A DNA stretch of 64,000 nucleotides from an uncultured Chlamydiales bacterium (lineage in GTDB: Bacteria > Chlamydiota > Chlamydiia > Chlamydiales > Rhabdochlamydiaceae). How positions within the stretch are numbered: position 1 is the first letter of the stretch; each line of letters starts with the position of its first letter. The stretch covers positions 1,248,001 to 1,312,000 of the forward strand of contig OY969554.1 in the NCBI GenBank assembly GCA_963700985.1, read 5' to 3'. The notes under the pieces are model-generated. The model had not been told where the DNA came from and made no database searches. It saw only the letters and a list, made by a program, of their open reading frames with translations. Shown here one piece after another: positions 37,136-47,381 of the stretch. The position numbers and the translations under genes are program-made.

Positions 37136-37933
37136 ATGCTGCGCTGGCTTTGCTTTGCTTTAATTTTGAACTCTGCTTCTTTACTAGCTGGGGAAATTCT
37201 TACAACCAGCGATTTTAGTGTGATTGAAGAGATAGCCGAGGAATTAGACAGCAATTCGCTTGTGTTATTTGATGTAGATGCCACCTTGATCGTGCCTAAA
37301 GAAGCAATTTTAAAGCCTGAGGGTAAAGAATTATTCAAACAGCTTACTAAGGGTTATAAGGATCGAGATCTGTTTCGGGACATTCGTATGCAAGCCCTTC
37401 ATTCGCTCGTTGACAATCGAAGCCTTCCTTTTATTCAGAAGTTAAAAGAAAGGAAAATCCCAGCCTTAGCTTTCACAGCAGCTCCTGCGAAAATAAGGGG
37501 CGTGGAGCAGCCAGCTGATTGGAGAGTAAATGAATTAAAACGGTATGGGTTTGATTTTAGCAAAACTTTTTCGAATTGTAATTTTTTGGAACTTCCAAAA
37601 AACGCCAGCGAACAACATATTCCCATGTTTAAATCAGGTGTCCTTTTTTCTTCCTTTCACCCAAAGGGCGATATTTTAGTCATCTTCTTACAAATGATGG
37701 ATCTGCATCCTAAAAAGGTACTCTTTGTCGATGATGAAATTGAGCATGTGCGTTCAGTTGTTACATCTTTAGAAGAGCATGGAATTGAATGCATAGGGAT
37801 ACATTACACTGCTGCAAATAATAGCAGCTTCGAACTTAACGCCGAGCAAGCTCGCTTTCAAGTGGATTACTTCGCAAAACATAACGTTTGGCTAAGTGAC
37901 CTTGACAGCCAAAAATTACTCCAATCCCCATAA
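37136..37933 (+). CDS. Secreted HAD-like protein (DUF2608-like)
   Basis: LFDVDATL, KGDIL and LFVDD motifs; signal peptide. Confidence 0.75.
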   Translation: MLRWLCFALILNSASLLAGEILTTSDFSVIEEIAEELDSNSLVLFDVDATLIVPKEAILKPEGKELFKQLTKGYKDRDLFRDIRMQALHSLVDNRSLPFIQKLKERKIPALAFTAAPAKIRGVEQPADWRVNELKRYGFDFSKTFSNCNFLELPKNASEQHIPMFKSGVLFSSFHPKGDILVIFLQMMDLHPKKVLFVDDEIEHVRSVVTSLEEHGIECIGIHYTAANNSSFELNAEQARFQVDYFAKHNVWLSDLDSQKLLQSP

Positions 37934-37947
37934 ACTTTTGCATGATC

Positions 37948-39093
37948 CTAATCTGCAAGATTTTGTAGGGAATTTTGGTCAAAATTTCTTAGAAAACTAT
38001 CTAGTAAGCGAACCATATTATCAAAGTCGCTTCGATCAGTAATTCCATAATGCGCATGCACATATCTTGTGGGTATGCCCAAATTGATCACGTAAGTTCC
38101 ACATCCTGCACCTTGCAGACGACAGCCATCGTGTCCGTAATTGATGAGTTCCGCTTCGTACTGGAATGGGATGTCATATTTTTTTGCCAAAAATGAGAAG
38201 CAATTAACTAAGCCATTACTTGGTAACATACTGTTGTCATAAACAAAAATGGTGGGTCCCATGCCAAGGCAAGGATAGTTCGAAAGGTGGTTAGGAAATA
38301 AAACGGGGAAATCTCTGGCGATTCCAACTTCGATATTTACCACAACGTCAGGATGCGTACTTGCAAAAACTGCTTGCGATCCTTTCATCACAAACTCCTC
38401 TTGAACAGTGGCTGCAATGACAACTTCACAAGGCAATTCTACCCCTTTAAGTTTTTGCAAGGTGGTAATGATTGCCGCAAGCGCGATGCGGTCATCAAAA
38501 GCTTTAGCACAATAGCGTTGTGTGCCATTCAGAACTTGAAAATCTACATCCGGAGTAATAGGAAGTCCTGGACGTATTCCTAAATCTTCGGCTTCTTTTT
38601 TTGTCTTAACACCAATATCTAAAAACATCTTCTTTTGTGAGAGTGGGGGTATGGTCGGATAGCCGACAATAACGTGAGAAGATTCTATCCCGGTGATCCC
38701 AGAAATAGACCTTTTTGGTGTTGAAATTATCCACTTCTGACCGATAACAACTGGATCTATCCACCAACCAACATTATCGAAAAAGATAAACCCATCATCG
38801 GAGATTTCCCTGACGATGAATGCGACTTCATCCATATGAGCCATTAGAAGAATACGTGGTTTTTTTGTCTCTTTTTCGCGAAATCCAATTAGGTTTCCCA
38901 TCTTGTCCGTTTTCATTTCAATCAGCAGATCTTTCAGCTGATCCTTCATGATGTTTCGAACAGGACCTTCAAAACCACAACCGCCTGAAGCGTTTGTAAG
39001 TGAGCGGATTAATTCAATCGTAGGATCATTTTCAGCGCTCAAGGAAAGCGTAGCGCTGCAGAGAAGTAGTGTTAGCAAGAGTTTTTTAAGCAC
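37948..39093 (-). CDS. M42 family aminopeptidase with signal peptide
   Basis: AHMDEV, KAFDDR, TVQEE and PTRYVHA motifs. Confidence 0.9.
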   Translation of the reverse strand: MLKKLLLTLLLCSATLSLSAENDPTIELIRSLTNASGGCGFEGPVRNIMKDQLKDLLIEMKTDKMGNLIGFREKETKKPRILLMAHMDEVAFIVREISDDGFIFFDNVGWWIDPVVIGQKWIISTPKRSISGITGIESSHVIVGYPTIPPLSQKKMFLDIGVKTKKEAEDLGIRPGLPITPDVDFQVLNGTQRYCAKAFDDRIALAAIITTLQKLKGVELPCEVVIAATVQEEFVMKGSQAVFASTHPDVVVNIEVGIARDFPVLFPNHLSNYPCLGMGPTIFVYDNSMLPSNGLVNCFSFLAKKYDIPFQYEAELINYGHDGCRLQGAGCGTYVINLGIPTRYVHAHYGITDRSDFDNMVRLLDSFLRNFDQNSLQNLAD

Positions 39094-39176
39094 GGATGAA
39101 CCTTTTGTATAGTTTGGTTCGATTCTAATTTCTTTCTGATATTCGCAAAAAGAAATTTCCCAGATAGATCAAAAAC

Positions 39177-40028
39177 TCATAGAGGGAACTTTGAAAAGAG
39201 CTCGATAAATTTGAGTGCAAACACAGTGGGAGTCATGTTCTTTTCAAATAGTGCATAGAGAGTGTAGCTCATCGGATTGAGCTCTTCAAACACGGGTTTT
39301 ATTGCACGATTTTGATGCGCAATATAATCAGGGCAAAGTCCAATCCCAAGACCTTCTTGGACGAGTTTTGCAATTACACTCCAGCTAGAAACTTCCATCA
39401 AAATCGGCAGCTCTTTTGCATGTGCTTCTCGATAGCGTGCTTTTAACAAATTGGTCTCGATGCGCTCTTCGGAATCGAGCAGAAAGGGAAGAGCTAAGGG
39501 TTTTTTTACCTCTTTGGCGGCATAGAGACGATATGATCCCTTATGCAGGGGGTAACGCTCAAATGGAGAGAGATCATCGTTGTCGAGCAGAATTCCAAAG
39601 TCGATCGTCCCCTTTTTGATCCACTCCTTGATATTCGCGTAATGCCCCAATCGGAAATTGATTCTAAGATTCGGCAGATGCTCCTTTGCAAGCTTCAGAT
39701 ATTGAGGAAGACATGCCAATGCAAAGCTATGGGTGCATCCAAAAGTAATTCTTCCTGCATCCCTTGATAAGAAATCCTCAGTGCTCTCGATCGCTTTAAA
39801 AATTTGCTTCGCGTGCGTGAAGAGTTGCTTGCCCTCTTCCGTTACTTTGAAACGATTGGGCTGATGCGAGATAAGCCCGCAGCCCAAATTCGATTCGAGC
39901 TTATTAATCCCTTGACTGACAGCAGATTGGCTTACGTGGTTTAGTCTTGCGGATGCTGAAATACTACCACTTCGCACGGCATCGCAAAAATATTTTAAAT
40001 AAATGAGATTTAAATGAAGTTTTGTCAT
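39177..40028 (-). CDS. LysR family regulator
   Basis: HTH GSISASARLNHVSQSAVSQGINKLE; divergent from the NUDIX gene. Confidence 0.93.
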   Translation of the reverse strand: MTKLHLNLIYLKYFCDAVRSGSISASARLNHVSQSAVSQGINKLESNLGCGLISHQPNRFKVTEEGKQLFTHAKQIFKAIESTEDFLSRDAGRITFGCTHSFALACLPQYLKLAKEHLPNLRINFRLGHYANIKEWIKKGTIDFGILLDNDDLSPFERYPLHKGSYRLYAAKEVKKPLALPFLLDSEERIETNLLKARYREAHAKELPILMEVSSWSVIAKLVQEGLGIGLCPDYIAHQNRAIKPVFEELNPMSYTLYALFEKNMTPTVFALKFIELFSKFPL

Positions 40029-40120
40029 AAGCCCAACTTATAGCATCTTTAAATAATATGAATTTCTCTTATTATTTGCCACTATCCTAATATTAGGTCA
40101 TCTCAAATTTGGAGGCCTCA

Positions 40121-40615
40121 ATGACAAGCGAGTTTCTAACACTATTTGCAGCTAAAGAAGCTAAGCGATTTAAGTTAAAAGTAGGAATCTTTGTCGTACT
40201 GCTCGATCGAGGAAAAGTCTTACTTCTACGTAGATTTCAAACGGGCATTGCGGACGGAAAATATGTTCTTCCCATGGGTGGGCATGATGGCAAAGAGCCC
40301 CTCACGCAAGCTGTAATCCGCGAGGCCAAAGAAGAGATCAATATCGATCTAAAACCCGAGAACTTGTCCGTGTGCCATGTGATGCATCGTTTCCATCCCA
40401 TGCCAGAAGACTTATCATTCGAACAGATCGACGTCTTTTTTGCGGTAAAGAGCTACAAAGGCACCATCACAAACAATGAGCCTGAAAGCTGCGACGAGCT
40501 CGCTTTCTTTGCTTTAGACAATCTCCCAACCACCACCGATGCGTTTATTTGTCATGCGCTTAAGTGCATACAAAATGGGCAGTTTTTTTCCGAGTATGGT
40601 TTTGAGGGGGTATAA
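40121..40615 (+). CDS. NUDIX hydrolase
   Basis: GGHDGKEPLTQAVIREAKEEINI Nudix box. Confidence 0.9.
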   Translation: MTSEFLTLFAAKEAKRFKLKVGIFVVLLDRGKVLLLRRFQTGIADGKYVLPMGGHDGKEPLTQAVIREAKEEINIDLKPENLSVCHVMHRFHPMPEDLSFEQIDVFFAVKSYKGTITNNEPESCDELAFFALDNLPTTTDAFICHALKCIQNGQFFSEYGFEGV

Positions 40616-41574
40616 TGATTAAGCATCTGATGTTCGCTTCATGTATCAGCAGTCTCTGTGCCGAGAGAGATATTTCTTGTTTGGATTTAAATCAATTTAC
40701 GCACGGCACAAAAGAAGAAAGGCGAGAGTTTGCCCGAGACTTTGGAAAGGCGCTTGAACAAACCAGCTGTATTGCCATTCGAAATAGTGGGATTGAGCCT
40801 ACCTTGCTCGATCAAGTGCTTGAGAAAGCAAGCGCATATTTCAAGCTGCCCCTCGATGCCAAAATGCGCGCGAATACGCATGATGGTTTAGTGGGCTACA
40901 CCCCCTTTCAACAAGAACATGCCAGAGATTATCCCATCGGAGATCTGAAAGAGTTTTATCATGTGATGGGAAATTTGCAGCCCGAGCACTTGTGGCCACA
41001 AAAGATCCCGCAGTTTAAAGAGATCATCTTAGCATTTTATGCTGCGTGCAATGCTTGTACACGATCTCTTCTGGAAGCAACCGCTTTGTATCTAGGATGT
41101 GAAGAAAACGAGACCATTTTATCTGACTTTCTCACAGAAGATACGAGCATTCTTCGCCTGCTTCATTACCCTCCGGTGGATGAATCTTCATCAAATTCTG
41201 GCGCCCACCGCTCTCACGAACATGAAGATATCAACTTGATTACCATCATGCCCAAAGCTTCGGCTCCGGGGTTGCAAGTGAAAACACGAGAGGGAAAATG
41301 GATCGACATAATCGTGCCCGATCATACGATCATTGTAACGCCAAGTGATCTATTAGCGCTGATTTCAAAGCAAAAAATCCGCGCTGCTACACATCGGGTA
41401 ATCAACCCTCCCCAAGGTGACAGCTCCACGCGTTACTCCTTTCCATTTTTCGCTTCTCCGTCAGTTAAAGCTTTTCTTCCAGTACTCAATGAAAATGGCA
41501 GAGTAGAATGCTTCATTTCTTACGAAGAGCTGCTCGATAAGCGCTACAAAGAAATAAATCTTAAAAAGGGCTGA
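40615..41574 (+). CDS. 2OG-Fe(II) oxygenase (IPNS/DIOX family)
   Basis: LRLLHYPP, HED, GLQV, HRV and RYS motifs. Confidence 0.92.
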   Translation: MIKHLMFASCISSLCAERDISCLDLNQFTHGTKEERREFARDFGKALEQTSCIAIRNSGIEPTLLDQVLEKASAYFKLPLDAKMRANTHDGLVGYTPFQQEHARDYPIGDLKEFYHVMGNLQPEHLWPQKIPQFKEIILAFYAACNACTRSLLEATALYLGCEENETILSDFLTEDTSILRLLHYPPVDESSSNSGAHRSHEHEDINLITIMPKASAPGLQVKTREGKWIDIIVPDHTIIVTPSDLLALISKQKIRAATHRVINPPQGDSSTRYSFPFFASPSVKAFLPVLNENGRVECFISYEELLDKRYKEINLKKG

Positions 41575-41676
41575 TATAAATGCCATTTTTCAAATAATGC
41601 AAGGCGCTGTTGTCGTAGGTTTCCAAAAACTATATTTTGATGAAATCGAGACCCTCTGTTACAAGCAGATTAGAGG

Positions 41677-42870
41677 ATGCGCAATATGAGTATTTGGCTG
41701 CTGGCAGCTTTGTGGTTTCTGATGGCTCTGGTGGCGGATTTCTTCTCATTTAAGCTAAAAATCGCGGTCGCCCTTTGTGAAATCGTGGTGGCGCTTCTGG
41801 TAGCCTACCTAATCGGCCTCTGGATGCCTGAATATACCTCTCTCGGATCAGACACTCCTTGGGTTAAAACACTGGCGGGCTTTGGTGCAGTGATGTTGAC
41901 CTTTCTGGCAGGCACTGAGCTCAATCCCGATTCGCTTAAAGGCCAGATGAAAGAGATCTTGCTCATTGGCCTAGCTGGCTTTCTTATCCCCTTTTTAGGT
42001 TGTACAGCTATCGCCTACTATTTGCTGCATTGGAGCATAGCTGCAAGTTGGCTCACAGGCATTGCGCTTTCTACTACTTCTGTGGCGGTGGTTTATGCGG
42101 TGATGTTGGACTTAGGGCTAAATCGCACACGTTTTGGAAGAGCTGTTTTAGCTGCCTGTTTTGTGAACGATCTTGGAACAGTTCTTGCATTAGGATTCAT
42201 CTTTTCGCCCTTCACTTGGAAGTCTCTGGCGTTCATTGGCGCTACGATTGTGGTGCTCTTCATGTTGCCTAAATTGACTAGAAAGACATTTAAAGCTTGG
42301 GGCACACGCCATTCGGAACCTGAAGCTAAGTATCTGCTTTTTTTCTTGTTTGGGTTGGGATTTTTAGCTTATTGGTCGGGAAGCGAACCTGTGCTGCCAG
42401 CCTACATCATGGGCATGGTGATCGCTTCGATTTTTGAAAAAGACACAATGCTGGTAAAGCGCATGCGAGCAATTACATTCGGTTTGCTGACGCCCTTCTA
42501 CTTTTTGCGCGCAGGCGCGCTTGTTTCACTCCCCGCACTCTTTATGGCTCCGCTTGTCTTTGTAGTGCTGTTTTTTGCCAAGATGGTGACCAAAGCAATT
42601 GGCGTCTACCCAGCTGCAAAAATGTCTAAATATCCCGAAAAGGATGCAATTTATACGACACTGCTTATGTCAACTGGGCTGACCTTCGGTACGATTGCGG
42701 CTCTATTTGGGTTAAATAATAACCTAATCGACCAAGGCCAATACTCGCAGATTGTGGCCACGGTGATTGCAAGCGCAATCATTCCGACGCTCATTGCAAA
42801 TGCCTTCTTCTTGCCGCGTCATCATCTCGAAGCTCCAGGCAAAGAGTCGCCCGAGATACCACTCAATTAA
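41677..42870 (+). CDS. Cation:proton antiporter (CPA2-like)
   Basis: FLAGTEL, ALSTTSVAVV and ACFVNDLG motifs; many TM helices. Confidence 0.9.
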   Translation: MRNMSIWLLAALWFLMALVADFFSFKLKIAVALCEIVVALLVAYLIGLWMPEYTSLGSDTPWVKTLAGFGAVMLTFLAGTELNPDSLKGQMKEILLIGLAGFLIPFLGCTAIAYYLLHWSIAASWLTGIALSTTSVAVVYAVMLDLGLNRTRFGRAVLAACFVNDLGTVLALGFIFSPFTWKSLAFIGATIVVLFMLPKLTRKTFKAWGTRHSEPEAKYLLFFLFGLGFLAYWSGSEPVLPAYIMGMVIASIFEKDTMLVKRMRAITFGLLTPFYFLRAGALVSLPALFMAPLVFVVLFFAKMVTKAIGVYPAAKMSKYPEKDAIYTTLLMSTGLTFGTIAALFGLNNNLIDQGQYSQIVATVIASAIIPTLIANAFFLPRHHLEAPGKESPEIPLN

Positions 42871-42875
42871 TACGG

Positions 42876-44270
42876 CTATTTGAGGGTGACGTTGCCTTCT
42901 TGATCGATTAAAAACTCGCCTTGCTGCAGAGATTGTGGAGCGCTTTTAGCTACGCCAGCGATTTTGTTAAAGTTAAGTGGGACTTCAGGATTGGCGCGTT
43001 TTTGAGCGAGCTGCTGTTTATGTTTCTCGAGCACGCGTGACACAAATGGCAAACCGAGTGTGACCGTTTGCGAGAGTCTTTGAGGATCTGTATTTCCTAA
43101 CTGTGCATTATTTGCGAGGTTGACCAGCACGGCAGGAATGTAAGTTGGCGTACGGCCCTCTTTTTCCCCTTTTTGCACATCGAGTTGCGCGCTGATCTGA
43201 TCGCGAGTCTTCTGATCGAGCTTAAGCAGTGCAGCACGTAAGGTCTTGCCTTCACCAGGTGTAAAAAGCCTAATCATCGCTCCAAGCCGTGTCAAAACGC
43301 GATCGTTGCGATCGGCAGGGTTTAACCCGAGCCACCCGGCTCTGGTAGTAACATATGCATCATAAGCATCCCATTCGCTCTTTTTAGGATCCTCAAGCAC
43401 GCGGCATGCATCTTGTGTGGCTTGAACGGCCTTGTGTGTAAGTTCGGTGTAAATTAGCGAAGACTGGTTATTGACATGTCCTAAGACTCCGGCCACATCA
43501 CATGTGTGTACAAAAAAATCAAAAGCGAAAGCTGTCGGATCAGAACTTACAATGCCATTCTCTTTCAGGGTGGTGAGCATGGCGGGTCCGCCTTCGAGAT
43601 GGGTTACATGTCCGAAATGCGCAAGATTGGCCACTTTTATTAGAAGGGCTTTTGCAGCTGCAGGAAGTGCAATAAAGGAGGGGCAAAGTTCAGGCTGCGC
43701 TGCCAGGATGTGCATCGCCTCTCCATGAAAATCATCGTGGTCAGGGGCTGAGGCTCCAAAGGGCTTAAATAGGGTGCGAGCCTTTTCGCTTTTTCCCATA
43801 TCACCTAGCACTAAGGCGGTTTCCATAGCTTGAGCCATCTCAATCTGCGTGAGCCCTTGGTAGTTCGATTGCAGCAAGCTCTTTCCCTGCAAGTGAAGCG
43901 CACGAAAGCTCTCTCTAGAAAGCTTAGTTGCCTCTGGTTGAGCCGCAGTAAATTCCTGATAAGCTTTATCGCTGCCATCGAGGATAAGCTTTAAACAGCG
44001 CAGAGTCATAAGCGTGCGATCAAACTCTACAAATTTTTGACCGAAAAGGCGCTCGGAATAAGAGCTACCTAACTTGGCTTCTCCCTCTTCGGTTTTACGC
44101 ACAGTGCTGTCCGCCAGCCAGAGAATTTCCGGGTATTGAGCTATGCTCTTTTCTACCCACGCCCTACCATCCAATTGTGTAAAAACGATCGGTTGGGAGC
44201 TTTTAGCTGCATCTAAATTGAAAGAGGAGAAAAATAGGCTTGCAAGCAGAAGTAAAGATAATTTTTTCAT
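42876..44270 (-). CDS. Secreted hypothetical protein with HD-like motifs
   Basis: Signal peptide; LGDMGKS, DHDDF, HVTHLE and CDVAG motifs. Confidence 0.7.
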   Translation of the reverse strand: MKKLSLLLLASLFFSSFNLDAAKSSQPIVFTQLDGRAWVEKSIAQYPEILWLADSTVRKTEEGEAKLGSSYSERLFGQKFVEFDRTLMTLRCLKLILDGSDKAYQEFTAAQPEATKLSRESFRALHLQGKSLLQSNYQGLTQIEMAQAMETALVLGDMGKSEKARTLFKPFGASAPDHDDFHGEAMHILAAQPELCPSFIALPAAAKALLIKVANLAHFGHVTHLEGGPAMLTTLKENGIVSSDPTAFAFDFFVHTCDVAGVLGHVNNQSSLIYTELTHKAVQATQDACRVLEDPKKSEWDAYDAYVTTRAGWLGLNPADRNDRVLTRLGAMIRLFTPGEGKTLRAALLKLDQKTRDQISAQLDVQKGEKEGRTPTYIPAVLVNLANNAQLGNTDPQRLSQTVTLGLPFVSRVLEKHKQQLAQKRANPEVPLNFNKIAGVAKSAPQSLQQGEFLIDQEGNVTLK

Positions 44271-44303
44271 TTGAACCCTAGTTTTAAGGGGGAATTATAC
44301 GGC

Positions 44304-45425
44304 TTATGCAATTCCATGGAAGAACTGTTGATGACGCTCAAGCATTTTTTTAAATGTCTTTGCATCGAGCTCTGCTAGTTCAGCCGGAGTTAAGGCTTCC
44401 GTATTGGGAATAAAAGTACCGCCTAAGACACCTCGACAGGGCAAGCCGCTTTGATGTTCAGAACTAACTGCAAGCTTCTTGGGGAACATGTAGATATATT
44501 CTTCTTTTCCATCCTGGAGAAGGGAATGATAGATCATATAATCCAGGTGACCATTTCCAGCTTGTGTATTTAGCAAAAGAAGATGCCCGCGCACAGGAAC
44601 GATCTTTGCATCGCGATTGAGCTCTTTTCCGCCTAAACCAGTGCAATTAAAAATACAAGTTTCTGCGATCTCATCAAAAGAGCCGATGTGTTCATTGGTT
44701 AATGGAATTCCTAGCCTAATAACCTCTGCCATAAGCTGCTGCATGAGGTGCGTGGTGTCCATATAATAGGTCATGTATTTCAGAAAATTGGAATGCTTCA
44801 CGCCCTTACCAAAATCCAGCGTAATCTCTTCTGGCGGAGGGAGCAGTTTACGTGCAGCTAAATCTTTAATGCCCGCTTCGGTATCTTTCCCACAATAGAC
44901 TGGCAGGTAGCGCACAGTCTCTTTACTGAGATAAGCGTGCTTTCCTTGACCGATGCATTCATACACTTTAAAGGTCTCTTCACCGATGACATTTAAGTGC
45001 TCTTGCTCTTCTGGAGATGTCTTTACGGAAACAAAAGCAAAATAGCCGCCTGCACGCCATGAGGCTGTATCGTAAATCTCATCAGCAACAATCCCAACTA
45101 CATTGTATCCAAGACGTTTGAGTTCGATGGCAGCAGTAAGTCCAACGCACCCAGCACCAACCACGCGGATAGGAAGTTGTTTTGAAGAAGCAAAATCGCG
45201 TTGAAAAAGCTGAATCGCCTCATTTACAGATCCAAAAAGCGTGGTCCAACCAGCGCCCCCATGTCCATAGCAATTGATGATCTTCTTTTCCTGCCGGATC
45301 TCCGTTGAGATATTAAACTCTCCTTCACGGGTCGGTCGTGTGCAGGTTATTCGCTGCAAAATTGTTTCTGCACTTATAATTGGTGGTGTGAGTTTGACTT
45401 CAGTAGAAGTTTCTTGAGAAAGCAT
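44304..45425 (-). CDS. D-amino acid oxidase-like flavoprotein (permuted)
   Basis: CYGHGGAGWT near the N-terminus, then VGAGCVG, FNCTGLGG and PVRGH. Confidence 0.85.
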   Translation of the reverse strand: MLSQETSTEVKLTPPIISAETILQRITCTRPTREGEFNISTEIRQEKKIINCYGHGGAGWTTLFGSVNEAIQLFQRDFASSKQLPIRVVGAGCVGLTAAIELKRLGYNVVGIVADEIYDTASWRAGGYFAFVSVKTSPEEQEHLNVIGEETFKVYECIGQGKHAYLSKETVRYLPVYCGKDTEAGIKDLAARKLLPPPEEITLDFGKGVKHSNFLKYMTYYMDTTHLMQQLMAEVIRLGIPLTNEHIGSFDEIAETCIFNCTGLGGKELNRDAKIVPVRGHLLLLNTQAGNGHLDYMIYHSLLQDGKEEYIYMFPKKLAVSSEHQSGLPCRGVLGGTFIPNTEALTPAELAELDAKTFKKMLERHQQFFHGIA

Positions 45426-45974
45426 TTACAAACCTCTTAATCGATAAAGAACATGCAAACTTAGTGGATGATCAAGCGGAAGCTTAGGATGGTGAAAATC
45501 ACCCTTGAGATCGTGCACCATGCCTATTTTTTCCATCACGCGTCTTGAACGAATATTTGCCGGCACGGTGAAGGCGACAATCTCATTTAGCACAAACTTT
45601 TCAAAACCGACTTGCAAGACTGCGCGTGCAGCTTCACTTGCATATCCTTTGCCCCAAGCGTGATAAGCCAGGCGCCAGCCGATCTCTACGCAAGGTGTAA
45701 AATGCGCTTCAAACTCGGGCACATTCAGTCCCACAAATCCGATAAATTCGCCCGTGTCTTTGATCACACACGCAAACATTCCAAATCCCTGTTTCTCGAA
45801 CCTTGTACGGATTTTATTTGCAAATTCTATGGATTCCGCCTCGGTGAGCAGCTTGGGCATACACTCCATGACGCGTGGATCTTTATTCAGCACAATAAAA
45901 GGCGCTAAATCTTCAGGCAACCAGTCTCGAAGGATCAGCCGATCGGTCTCTATCTGTTCCATACAAGGTGCCAC
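45426..45974 (-). CDS. GNAT (RimJ/RimL) acetyltransferase
   Basis: ETDRLILR, EIGWRL, WGKGYASEAA and NIRSRRVMEKIGM motifs. Confidence 0.93.
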   Translation of the reverse strand: MAPCMEQIETDRLILRDWLPEDLAPFIVLNKDPRVMECMPKLLTEAESIEFANKIRTRFEKQGFGMFACVIKDTGEFIGFVGLNVPEFEAHFTPCVEIGWRLAYHAWGKGYASEAARAVLQVGFEKFVLNEIVAFTVPANIRSRRVMEKIGMVHDLKGDFHHPKLPLDHPLSLHVLYRLRGL

Positions 45975-46144
45975 TATAAATTTCTTAAAATTAAAAATCC
46001 CGCAAGAAGCAAAACTTGGAGAGAGTTTGCCACGCTCTCGCTAGAATTTTATTCAAATAAACAAAGCCATAAGCATCGACTTATAAAAAAGGTAACTTTA
46101 GAATAATCTGCCCAAATAGAGGATTTTTTCAAATCAGAGGAATT

Positions 46145-47140
46145 ATGTCAGTACGCTTCGATCCTTCAAGTTCATCAGCTACCAGCCCGCCTACTGTTAC
46201 TTCATCAACGACAACAACTCCTTCAGAAACGGAAAAAACTCAAGCAACAGCACAAAAAAACCTTTGTCCTGGGCCTGGATGTTCTAAACTTGCGACCAAA
46301 CTATGCGGCAGATGCAGAGCAATTTCTTATTGTGACGCACCATGTCAGAGAGCTGATTGGGAAACTCATCGAAAGGCTTGCATACCTATCAATGCACCGA
46401 AAGAAGCTGCTCCTGAAAAAAAAGAAGATCCAGTCGATGCTCTATGGAAATCCATAGAAGCGACAGCTAAATTTTGGCTGGGTGGAGGCATGATAAAAAC
46501 TCTACAATTTGGAACCTTCGAAAATTCCTGCGCCTTCTGGTCCCACATGAATGAACTTCATGAAGATGTGCTTCATGAGACATTTGCCAAAGCTGCTATG
46601 GGACATAAAGGTAATGGTGTTGCATTAGATTTAGGCTGTGGCAGGGGGGAATTTTCTCTTTTTCTTGCCTACACGAAAGAGCAGTCAGAAATAATTGCGG
46701 TTGATAGTTCAAAAGCCGCACTGAATCTTTTGGAGGAGCAAGTCAATCGCAGAAATAGCTCTTTGCTAAAGGAAGGAAAATTAAAAACCGTTCATCAGGA
46801 TATCACCGAATTTAATTTTAACCGCAAATTTGCCCTCATCGTAGCCAATGATGTTTTGCCCTATGTAAATCCGTCAAAACTACGCTCTTTATGGAATAAA
46901 ATATTCGACTCTTTAGAGCCGAACGGGCTTTTTATGGGTTCTTTATTTTATCGTTCGCAAAACCGCCACCTGTTGATTGTTAGAAAGGAAAACTTGATGA
47001 GAGAAATAGGAGCCAATTTTATCGACACACCACATATGGCCAGAAATCTATTAACGCTCACTGGTTATAAAATAGAAATCCTCCAAACTCGTTCTGAAGC
47101 TGAAGCAACTATTGATTTTGTCGCCAGAAAACAGTTCTAG
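46145..47140 (+). CDS. MYND zinc finger plus class I SAM methyltransferase (copy 1)
   Basis: CPGPGC...CGRCRAISYCDAPCQRADWETHRKAC, then LDLGCGRG; S/T-rich N-terminus. Confidence 0.9.
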   Translation: MSVRFDPSSSSATSPPTVTSSTTTTPSETEKTQATAQKNLCPGPGCSKLATKLCGRCRAISYCDAPCQRADWETHRKACIPINAPKEAAPEKKEDPVDALWKSIEATAKFWLGGGMIKTLQFGTFENSCAFWSHMNELHEDVLHETFAKAAMGHKGNGVALDLGCGRGEFSLFLAYTKEQSEIIAVDSSKAALNLLEEQVNRRNSSLLKEGKLKTVHQDITEFNFNRKFALIVANDVLPYVNPSKLRSLWNKIFDSLEPNGLFMGSLFYRSQNRHLLIVRKENLMREIGANFIDTPHMARNLLTLTGYKIEILQTRSEAEATIDFVARKQF

Positions 47141-47173
47141 CATATCAAGATGCATCTATCCCCCTAAAACCTG

Positions 47174-47233
47174 GATCAGTCTCTATCTGTTCCATACAAG
47201 GCACCACTAAAAATTTCTTAAAATTAAAAATCC
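47174..47233. repeat. Duplicated remnant of the GNAT 5' end and upstream region (copy of 45941-46000)
   Basis: Near-identical 60-bp segments, offset by 1233 bp. Confidence 0.85.
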
Positions 47234-47381
47234 TGCATGAAGAGAGCTGAAAAAGTTTGTCCCTCACGCTGAAAGTTTTATCTTGAAACGGAAGAAAGCT
47301 ATAAACATCGACTAAAAAACGAGGTAAATTTAGAATATGTAGCCCAATTATAGAGGTTTTTTTTCAAATTAAGAGGAAATT

